Below, in pieces: positions 57,379 to 64,000 of a stretch of 64,000 nt of DNA; position 1 is the stretch's first letter, and each line of letters begins with the position of its first letter. The notes under the pieces were generated by a model, which saw only the letters and a list, made by a program, of their open reading frames with translations, did no database searches and was not told where the DNA came from. Location: contig CAVGRN010000005.1 of the NCBI GenBank assembly GCA_963631545.1, positions 2,425 through 66,424 of the forward strand, written 5' to 3'. Both the position numbers and the translations under genes were made by a program. This stretch comes from Paludibacteraceae bacterium. Lineage in GTDB: Bacteria > Bacteroidota > Bacteroidia > Bacteroidales > Paludibacteraceae.

Positions 57379-58338
57379 TCAATCTAAGTGAAGTGTCTTG
57401 TCTAATTGGTAGTTGTTGCGTTCGTTGGAGTTGCGCGCCACCAACTCGCCTAAGAACCCAGCGAGGAAAAGTTGGCAACCAATCAGCATCATTGTCAACG
57501 AGATGTAGAAATACGGACTGTCCGTTACTAAAGGTGCGACCGTACCGTTAATGATGTGCGACAATTTATTCCAACCGACAACGCACACAGCAATGAACCC
57601 GATGAAAAACACCAGCGTGCCGACAACTCCGAAAAAGTGCATAGGTTTCTTTCCAAAAGTGGAGAGGAACCATAGCGACATCAAATCAAGGTAACCATTG
57701 AAGAATCGGTTGAACCCGAATTTCGACTCGCCGTACTTTCTGGCTTGGTGAATCACAACCTTCTCACCAATCTTTTTGTAGCCGGCGTTTTTCGCCAAAT
57801 AGGGTATGTAGCGGTGCATTTCGCCATACACCTCAATGCTTTTTATAACGTCTTTGCGGTAAGCCTTCAGTCCGCAGTTGAAATCGTGCAGTTTAATGCC
57901 AGAGATGATGCGCGTGGTGGCGTTGAAGAGTTTGGAAGGAAGATTTTTGGTCAACTTTGAGTCGTATCGTTTTTTCTTCCAGCCAGAAACTAAATCGTAG
58001 CCTTCGTCTTTAATCATCTTGAAAAGTTCTGGAATTTCATCGGGACTGTCCTGCAAATCGGCGTCCATAGTGATGACCACGTCGCCCTGGGCTTTGTCGA
58101 ACCCGCAGTATAGAGCCGCCGACTTCCCATAATTGCGCTTAAACTTGATGCCCTTTACCTCAGCGTTCTCTGCACCTAATTTTTCAATGACTTCCCACGA
58201 CTTGTCCGTGCTGCCGTCATTCACAAAAATCACCTCGTACGAGAATCCGTTCGCATCCATCACCCGCTTAATCCAAGCGAAGAGTTCCGGAAGCGACTCT
58301 TCCTCATTATATAAAGGTACTACGACTGTTATATCCAT
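57379..58338 (-). CDS. Family 2 glycosyltransferase, polyprenol-phosphate sugar transferase type (GtrB/DPM1-like)
   Basis: 319-aa ORF with VVVPLYNEEESL, FVNDGSTDKS and TMDADLQD (DxD), plus two C-terminal TM helices. Confidence 0.88.
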   Translation of the reverse strand: MDITVVVPLYNEEESLPELFAWIKRVMDANGFSYEVIFVNDGSTDKSWEVIEKLGAENAEVKGIKFKRNYGKSAALYCGFDKAQGDVVITMDADLQDSPDEIPELFKMIKDEGYDLVSGWKKKRYDSKLTKNLPSKLFNATTRIISGIKLHDFNCGLKAYRKDVIKSIEVYGEMHRYIPYLAKNAGYKKIGEKVVIHQARKYGESKFGFNRFFNGYLDLMSLWFLSTFGKKPMHFFGVVGTLVFFIGFIAVCVVGWNKLSHIINGTVAPLVTDSPYFYISLTMMLIGCQLFLAGFLGELVARNSNERNNYQLDKTLHLD

Positions 58339-58362
58339 ATCGTTATTGTATCTGTTATGAAA

Positions 58363-58893
58363 TCATTGTTTTTTTTGCGGCCTGCCGCCCATCACATAGA
58401 TGAAAATGGATGTCCACAGAATTATGAAGAAACCGACAAACGAGTAACCCCACAAAACCGACATCGCAAGGTCTCTTGCGGTGTAATTCTTAATCATTTT
58501 GACAACCAAATCAGAGTTCTCCACACCTTCGCCAGCGATTTCCATTATCTCAACAGCACCACTCAGCAACCTTTCAAGAACACCTGGGCAGAAGTGAAAG
58601 AACACAAATGTCGAAGTGGCAAACACCATTGCGGCAAAAAACATCATATACCAACCATAAAACAAGGCGGAAAGGTAGGTAACCTTGCCATCCAAATTGT
58701 CTTGGATGTACTGCTTCGTGAAAAAGAATATGCAGAAAAATGTTATGAAGCAAAGCAACAGGCTAAACACCACCTGCAACATAGAGTAAGAGGAATTGAT
58801 CCAACTTAAAATGTTAAGCAGAGCTGTCAAACCACCAAGCACTAAACCCGAGCGCATGGCGTGCGACACAATATTTTCCCGTTTTTCTTCCAT
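58363..58893 (-). CDS. Small polytopic membrane protein (DUF4199-like)
   Basis: 176-aa ORF with four or five TM helices. It sits immediately upstream of the GtrB-like GT2, an arrangement I recall as common in Bacteroidota. The family name is tentative. Confidence 0.65.
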   Translation of the reverse strand: MEEKRENIVSHAMRSGLVLGGLTALLNILSWINSSYSMLQVVFSLLLCFITFFCIFFFTKQYIQDNLDGKVTYLSALFYGWYMMFFAAMVFATSTFVFFHFCPGVLERLLSGAVEIMEIAGEGVENSDLVVKMIKNYTARDLAMSVLWGYSFVGFFIILWTSIFIYVMGGRPQKKQ

Positions 58894-58910
58894 TATTTCT
58901 AATTGGCGTG

Positions 58911-58918
58911 CAAATTTA
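58911..58918 (-). promoter_or_regulatory. Candidate -7 box (TAAATTTG) for the DUF4199-to-tkt gene array
   Basis: The plus strand reads caaattta, an exact TAnnTTTG on the minus strand, 18 nt upstream of ATG 58893. Confidence 0.45.
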
Positions 58919-59003
58919 CGCTTTTTATATGGTAGTTTGTGTGAAAAACAATGAAAAAAGCGAAAAATGAATCTCCAAAAACTTGTATTATCAAAAAAAG
59001 CGT

Positions 59004-59011
59004 TATCTTTG
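59004..59011 (+). promoter_or_regulatory. Candidate -7 box (TATCTTTG) for the SRP RNA gene
   Basis: Exact TAnnTTTG ending 5 nt before the predicted 5' GGG of the RNA. Confidence 0.5.
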
Positions 59012-59015
59012 CATC

Positions 59016-59112
59016 GGGTAAGTCCTATACGACCAGCTCCCTTCTACTCCCCCAGGGCTTGACCGCAGCAAGGGTAAGTCGGTTGTAGCGGTGCGATATA
59101 GTAAGCTTACCC
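59016..59112 (+). ncRNA. ffs: Small (4.5S-type) signal recognition particle RNA
   Basis: A 97-nt extended hairpin closed by GGGTAAG / CTTACCC. The 5' arm carries CUACUC...CCAGG and the 3' arm carries GCAGCAAGG...UGUAGC, which parallel E. coli 4.5S strings as I recall them. A -7 box lies upstream and a T6 run downstream. Confidence 0.65.
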
Positions 59113-59121
59113 TTTTTTAAC

Positions 59122-59195
59122 GCCTCTTTAGCTCAGTTGGCCAGAGCACGTGATTTGTAATCTCGGGGTCGTTGGTTCGAATCCGACAAGAGGCT
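59122..59195 (+). tRNA. tRNA-Thr (anticodon TGT)
   Basis: Hand-folded cloverleaf. Acceptor GCCTCTT/AAGAGGC, D arm GCTC/GAGC, anticodon arm CGTGA-TTTGTAA-TCTCG (one U.U mismatch), T arm GTTGG-TTCGAAT-CCGAC, discriminator T. No encoded CCA. Confidence 0.9.
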
Positions 59196-59213
59196 CAAGT
59201 GAAACGTTTTGAA

Positions 59214-59247
59214 AGTCTCTTCCGTAAAAGGAGGAGACTTTTTTTTC
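59214..59247 (+). terminator. Intrinsic terminator after tRNA-Thr
   Basis: The stem agtctcttcc / ggaggagact is followed by a T8 run. Confidence 0.75.
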
Positions 59248-59307
59248 AGTGTGCCTGTCATTCACGATTTTTTGTAGGGAAGACTAAGCAACACAATGGT
59301 AACCGCT

Positions 59308-59325
59308 TTGTAACGGTTTTGTAAC
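59308..59325 (+). promoter_or_regulatory. Pho-box-like direct repeat TTGTAAC-GGTT-TTGTAAC
   Basis: Two identical 7-mers spaced 11 bp centre to centre, 66 nt upstream of the phosphate transporter ATG. The geometry matches PhoB-type boxes. The Bacteroidota consensus is not known to me. Confidence 0.3.
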
Positions 59326-59390
59326 ACGTATTTTTCAGTTTTGCAATACAAATTGAAAAAGGTCTTTGCGACCTAATTTAATCAAATCAG

Positions 59391-61643
59391 ATGGAAACAG
59401 TATTTTTTATTGTCGTTGCATTCCTACTACTGCTGGCCGTTTTCGACCTGATGGTGGGAGTAAGCAATGATGCGGTGAACTTTATGACCGCCGGCATCGG
59501 CTCAAAAGCCGGATCTTTTAAGTTGGTGATGGCTGTAGCGGCTGTGGGAATCTTTTGCGGAGCGTCGCTGAGTAATGGAATGATTGATGTGGCGCGCCAC
59601 GGAATCTTCAATCCTGTGAACTTCTCGTTCTACGATGTGATGGTCATCTTCTTGGCGGTAATGGTTACAGACATTCTGCTGTTAGATTTGTTCAACTCAC
59701 TCGGGATGCCTACCTCCACAACCGTGAGTATGGTGTTTGAGCTGCTGGGTGGTGCCTTCGCTCTCTCGCTCATTAAAATTGTAAAGGGGACGCTCAGTGC
59801 CGATGGCTTGCCATTGGGATTGGGCGATTTACTTAATTCGGAGAAGGCGCTTTCTGTCATTGTGGCGATTTTCGTCAGTGTGGCGATTGCCTTTTTATTC
59901 GGAGTTGTCGTGCAGTGGCTTTCGCGCTTGTTCTTCACGTTCTCTTATCACAAGAATGGAAAGTTGAAAATGGTGATTTTCAGTGGATTGTCGTTCACTT
60001 GTATTGTGTGGTTCCTATTGGTTAGCGGGTTGAAGGGTTCCTCGCTGATGTCGGACGAAGTCCATACTTTCATCCTTGAAAATACTTGGATGTTGGTCGG
60101 CTCGCTTGCAGTTGCCTCCATCTTGCTGATGTGGATTCTTTCGTGCTTAAAAGTCAATGTTTTGAAATTCATTGTGATGGCAGGAACATTCGCTCTTGCG
60201 ATGGCATTCGCTGGAAACGATTTGGTGAACTTCGTTGGAGTGCCACTCACTGGATTGGAGTCGTTTGTTGATTACCGCAGTTCGGGGGCATCAGACCCAT
60301 ATTCATTTATGATGGTTTCACTGACGGAGAGTGTGCATACACCGCCTATTTATTTGATAATCTCGGGAGTGGTGATGGTTTTAGCCTTGGTTACGTCGAA
60401 GAAAGCGCAGCACGTTGTGAAGACGAGCGTCGGACTGAGCAGCCAGGAAGAGGGCGATGAGTTGTTTGGCAGTTCCGCCATTGCGCGAGGCATCGTTCGC
60501 AATGTTTCGAAAATGAATGCTTTCGTGGTCAGACTCCTTCCTAAATCGGTTCTTGATTGGATAGATTCGCGCTTCAACTCTAACGATGTGGAATTGGAGC
60601 AAGGTGCGGCGTTCGACTTGGTACGGGCCTCCATCAACCTTGTCTTGTCCAGTTTGCTCATTGCATTGGGAACGTCGCTCAAACTGCCGCTGTCAACCAC
60701 CTATGTTACGTTTATGGTGGCAATGGGTAGTAGTTTGGCTGATAGGGCATGGAGTCGAGAGAGTGCGGTGTTCAGAATCACGGGAGTCGTGTCTGTCATC
60801 GGAGGTTGGTTCGTAACTGCTGGCGCCGCATTCATCGCTTGTGCGACGTTTGCTTGCATCATCTTCTTCGGCGGATTCCCAGCAATGTTCATCGTCATCG
60901 TAGCGTCTATTCTCATTCTGGTTCACAATAACATCAAGTTCGGAAAGAAAAAGAAAGAAGAAGAAGAGGATGTTCTTTTCAAGAGTATTATAAGGTCGAA
61001 AGATAAACTTGCCAACTGGACGATGTTCTGCCAACACGTCGGGTCATACAATAGTCGGCAGGTGGCTTTCGTGTCGCAGTGTTACGCTGACATCACTTCC
61101 GCTTTCTTCCAAGAAGAATATAAGAAATTGAAGAAATGCCGTTACCAGATTGATGAACAGCGGAAAGCACTGAAGCGTCAGCGTAGGCTGGAGATTATCG
61201 GACTCCGCCATGTGGAAACCATCACTGCCATTGAACATAACACTTGGTACTTCCTATCCAACAACTCGGTAGAGCAGATGTTGTATTGCTTGAAGCGTAT
61301 TGACGACCCGTGCCTTGAGCATGTCGGCAACAATTTCACGCCCATTCAAGGTGAATACGTGGAACACTTTATGCCGATGCGCGACAAGTTGATGGAATAT
61401 CTCACCCTCACTCAGAAAATGTTGGAAGAAAACGATTTCAGTTCGGCAGACACCCTTCGTGTGGATTGCAAAGAACTGCAAAATACGCTCTCCGCATACC
61501 GTAAACAATTGATAGACGACATACAGAAAAGTATGGTGAACATTGAGTCGATGACCGTCTACCTCAACATCGTGCAGGAGAGCCAGAGCCTCCTGAGTTC
61601 CCTTCGCCATATGATCCGTGGAATGGTGAAACTGCACGAGTAA
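59391..61643 (+). CDS. PiT-family inorganic phosphate transporter with C-terminal PhoU-like helical domain
   Basis: 750-aa ORF. The two halves carry the PiT signature variants GVSNDAVNFMTAG and AFAGNDLVNFVGVP. After the last TM and a KKKKEEEED linker there is a ~230-aa soluble helical domain. Confidence 0.85.
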   Translation: METVFFIVVAFLLLLAVFDLMVGVSNDAVNFMTAGIGSKAGSFKLVMAVAAVGIFCGASLSNGMIDVARHGIFNPVNFSFYDVMVIFLAVMVTDILLLDLFNSLGMPTSTTVSMVFELLGGAFALSLIKIVKGTLSADGLPLGLGDLLNSEKALSVIVAIFVSVAIAFLFGVVVQWLSRLFFTFSYHKNGKLKMVIFSGLSFTCIVWFLLVSGLKGSSLMSDEVHTFILENTWMLVGSLAVASILLMWILSCLKVNVLKFIVMAGTFALAMAFAGNDLVNFVGVPLTGLESFVDYRSSGASDPYSFMMVSLTESVHTPPIYLIISGVVMVLALVTSKKAQHVVKTSVGLSSQEEGDELFGSSAIARGIVRNVSKMNAFVVRLLPKSVLDWIDSRFNSNDVELEQGAAFDLVRASINLVLSSLLIALGTSLKLPLSTTYVTFMVAMGSSLADRAWSRESAVFRITGVVSVIGGWFVTAGAAFIACATFACIIFFGGFPAMFIVIVASILILVHNNIKFGKKKKEEEEDVLFKSIIRSKDKLANWTMFCQHVGSYNSRQVAFVSQCYADITSAFFQEEYKKLKKCRYQIDEQRKALKRQRRLEIIGLRHVETITAIEHNTWYFLSNNSVEQMLYCLKRIDDPCLEHVGNNFTPIQGEYVEHFMPMRDKLMEYLTLTQKMLEENDFSSADTLRVDCKELQNTLSAYRKQLIDDIQKSMVNIESMTVYLNIVQESQSLLSSLRHMIRGMVKLHE

Positions 61644-61664
61644 GCGTTTCTTGCTACAAAATTA

Positions 61665-61712
61665 ATTCGCAGCCATAGGTGCTTGAAGTTCCTATGGCTG
61701 CGAATCTTTTTT
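61665..61712 (+). terminator. Strong intrinsic terminator after the phosphate transporter gene
   Basis: A perfect 15-bp stem, attcgcagccatagg / cctatggctgcgaat, with an 11-nt loop, followed by ctttttt. Confidence 0.85.
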
Positions 61713-61855
61713 CTACAAACCCAATTAGGAATGGTTGTCTTTCCCTCAATTTTGCAGTCTGTGCAATTCTAATTTTTATTTTTAAAATAAAAGTGTTACT
61801 TTTATGAGTGGTTAGAAAAAAGAATTTTTAGAATAAAAAGAAATACAATATTGAC

Positions 61856-63949
61856 ATGCGAATATTCCAATCTCAACTTTTTTTGGCATCGTTAATCAAC
61901 CTTCCGAAGAAAACCCAGGGGAAGGTGCTGGCTTTTATGGAAAAACTCAAAAAAAATCCAACTTCCTTAGGATTGCATATTGAGCCAATTGCACAGTTTT
62001 ATGACAGTTCAATCCGCACGGCCCGCGTGGACGATAACTACCGCGTAGTGCTCGGCGTACAGGATGGCGACAACTACATCCTACAATATGTCAGTACACA
62101 CGAGGATGCCTACAACTGGGGCAAACGCAAAAAATGCTTTTTCAATGATTATACGGATTGCTTCCAACTCATAACGGTTGAAGAACGCACTGAGGTGGTG
62201 TCTGCATCGTCCGACCCTGATGTGAAACCGTTTTTTAAAGATGTGCCAGAAGAAAAACTGCTACGCATCGGCGTGCCGTTAGAATTGATGGAGCCGGTGA
62301 TGCAGATTGTAACTTTGGACGACCTCGACAGATTAAGCGCATGCCTTCCGGAAGATGTCTTTGAAAACCTTTTTAACGTGCTCGACGGAATTGACATCGA
62401 CATCGTCATCTCCGAAGTAGAGGAGGGTAAGATGAAGGGCAACGGCGACAAATTCCTCAGCGACAACAACCGCCGCCGCTATGTTGAAATCACTGATGAC
62501 GAGAATCTGCAAAGCATTTTTAACCAAAGCATTGAGTCTTGGCAAATCTTCCTCCACCCGATGCAGCGCCGTTTGGTGGAAACAAATTTCAGAGGGACAA
62601 TGAAAGTGAGCGGAGGTGCCGGTACGGGAAAGACCATTGCTGCTATTCACCGTCTGAACTATTTGTGCAAAAGCCCGAACGCCAACGTGTTGTTCACCAC
62701 ATTCACCACTACGCTAAGCCTAAATCTCGCACCGCTCATTGAGAAAATGAACGTGCCAACGCAACGCTATACGCTCAACAATATTGACAAGGTGCTGGCG
62801 GACATCGCTGCAAAATATGGCGTGATGCCGGGCTTCAAGGTTATGGACTATTTCGGAACGGACGAACCTGCCAAACTATGGCACGAGGTGCTGGAAGGAG
62901 AAAGAACGGAGTTCAACGAGCGATTTCTACGAGATGAGTATGTCGACGTCATTCTCAACTACAACAACAAAGAGTTGAAAAAATACCTCCTGCAACGCCG
63001 CCCAGGTCGGACCAAAGCACTCACGCGCAAGCAACGCTTGGAAGTGTGGCGGATTGTGGAGAAGTATGTCGCCCTTAAACAAGAGCGCAAATTAGCAGAT
63101 CGTCTTGAATTGTTCAATGCCGTAGCCGATTATCTGAAAGAGAATGATATACATCCATATACCAACGTCATTGCAGACGAGTTTCAGGATTTTTCCAATC
63201 CCGAGCTGCGCTTCCTCCGTGCCTTGGTTGCCAAAGGACGTAACGACCTTTTCTTGACGGGCGACCCGATACAACGCATCTTCACCGGTAGAAGCATCAA
63301 CTTTGGTGTGGCTGGCATCAATGTGCGGGGCGTGCGCAGTGTCAAACTTAGGGTCAATTACCGCACCACGGAGCAGATAAAGCGTGTTGCAGTCAACGTG
63401 GTGAGCGGTATGGATTTTGACGATATGAATGGCGGAGTGGAAGCGATGAATGGATACGTATCGCTCATCCGCACAGGTATTGAGCCACAATATAAAATGG
63501 TGGCGGATGCCTCGGCCGAGGTGCAGCAGGTTGTCGACTGGTTGGAGGAATGCAAGAACTCGGACATTCAACTCTCCGAGATTTGCGTCGCCGCACCAAG
63601 TCTTACTTTACTGAAAGACTTGCAAACACGCCTTCACGGTGATGGTGTGGATTACAAACTCATAAAGGGAGCGCAACGCCAGGGCAGCAGCAAAGGTGTG
63701 AGTCTCTGCACATTCCACTCACTGAAAGGACTTGAATACAGAGCGGTGATTTTAATGGGTGTGAATGAACGCAACTTGCCTTCGAAAGTGGTGGAGAGCA
63801 ATGTTCCTGTTGGGGTGGATGCCCTTGGACAAAAGGCGTTTTTGTCATCCAAACGGTCTTTGCTTTATGTCGCCATAACCCGCGCCAGACAATTGGTCTT
63901 TATGGTAGGTTATGGAGAGCCAACGGGACTGTTGAAAATTACGGAGTAG
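61856..63949 (+). CDS. UvrD-type SF1 helicase with N-terminal RelE/ParE-like domain
   Basis: 697-aa ORF. Residues 1-95 (LPKKTQGKVLAFMEKLKKNP...IRTARVDDNYRVVLGVQDGDNYILQYVSTHEDAY) follow the RelE/ParE toxin-fold pattern. Helicase motifs: GGAGTGKT (I), IADEFQDF (II), TGDPIQRIF (III), NYRTT (IV), TFHSLKGLEYRAVIL (V), LLYVAITRAR (VI). Confidence 0.85.
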   Translation: MRIFQSQLFLASLINLPKKTQGKVLAFMEKLKKNPTSLGLHIEPIAQFYDSSIRTARVDDNYRVVLGVQDGDNYILQYVSTHEDAYNWGKRKKCFFNDYTDCFQLITVEERTEVVSASSDPDVKPFFKDVPEEKLLRIGVPLELMEPVMQIVTLDDLDRLSACLPEDVFENLFNVLDGIDIDIVISEVEEGKMKGNGDKFLSDNNRRRYVEITDDENLQSIFNQSIESWQIFLHPMQRRLVETNFRGTMKVSGGAGTGKTIAAIHRLNYLCKSPNANVLFTTFTTTLSLNLAPLIEKMNVPTQRYTLNNIDKVLADIAAKYGVMPGFKVMDYFGTDEPAKLWHEVLEGERTEFNERFLRDEYVDVILNYNNKELKKYLLQRRPGRTKALTRKQRLEVWRIVEKYVALKQERKLADRLELFNAVADYLKENDIHPYTNVIADEFQDFSNPELRFLRALVAKGRNDLFLTGDPIQRIFTGRSINFGVAGINVRGVRSVKLRVNYRTTEQIKRVAVNVVSGMDFDDMNGGVEAMNGYVSLIRTGIEPQYKMVADASAEVQQVVDWLEECKNSDIQLSEICVAAPSLTLLKDLQTRLHGDGVDYKLIKGAQRQGSSKGVSLCTFHSLKGLEYRAVILMGVNERNLPSKVVESNVPVGVDALGQKAFLSSKRSLLYVAITRARQLVFMVGYGEPTGLLKITE

Positions 63950-63973
63950 GGCGGATTGTACGGAAAAACAAAA

Positions 63974-63999
63974 GGGAATGCCGAAGAGACATTCCCTTT
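63974..63999 (+). terminator. Probable terminator after the helicase gene (cut by window end)
   Basis: The stem gggaatg / cattccc has a 9-nt loop and is followed by ttt at the window edge. Confidence 0.45.
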
Positions 64000-64000
64000 C

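Noticed and set aside
1-64000. Scan for CRISPR arrays, IS/transposase or integrase genes, rRNA, DnaA-box clusters and prophage remnants
   Set aside because: No spaced direct repeats of CRISPR type were found. No ORF has transposase or integrase motifs. There are only isolated partial TTATCCA-like strings. The only notable repeat is the in-gene 192-bp duplication.

Overview
This is a dense chromosomal segment, mostly housekeeping, from a Bacteroidota (Bacteroidales-type) genome. The phylum call rests on three things. Exact TAnnTTTG -7 boxes recur, two of them with TTTG-N20 -33 partners. Starts sit in A-rich contexts without Shine-Dalgarno sequences. Gene families typical of the phylum are present (DUF4197, DUF3109, a PorT-like barrel, MtaB, a TSP3/OmpA protein). 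I support about 51 protein-coding genes, including dxs, mtaB, vsr, clpC, gyrA, topB, ampG, metA, ruvX, def, tpiA, ispD, recG and tkt. I also support tRNA-His(GUG), tRNA-Thr(UGU), a small SRP (4.5S-like) RNA and several intrinsic terminators. I found no transposase, integrase, CRISPR array, rRNA or prophage remnant. I do not see an unambiguous new multi-gene system. The best candidates for follow-up are:
1. A solitary gene at the 3' edge (61856-63949) fusing a RelE/ParE-like N-terminal domain to a compact UvrD-type SF1 helicase, behind an AT-rich spacer.
2. Two diverged paralogs of a small PD-(D/E)xK (Uma2-like) protein, one divergently paired with an orphan vsr.
3. A thioester-less giant alpha-2-macroglobulin gene, followed by a lipoprotein gene and a barrel-TSP3-OmpA gene that carries a near-perfect 192-bp tandem duplication.
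4. A capA-SGNH-SGNH-MBOAT operon, a putative glycan O-acetylation module.
5. An orphan full-consensus promoter plus terminator in a convergent intergenic region, which predicts an ~80-nt sRNA.
6. A Pho-box-like direct repeat upstream of a PiT/PhoU-like fusion transporter.
All functional calls come from motif recognition by eye. No database search was run.
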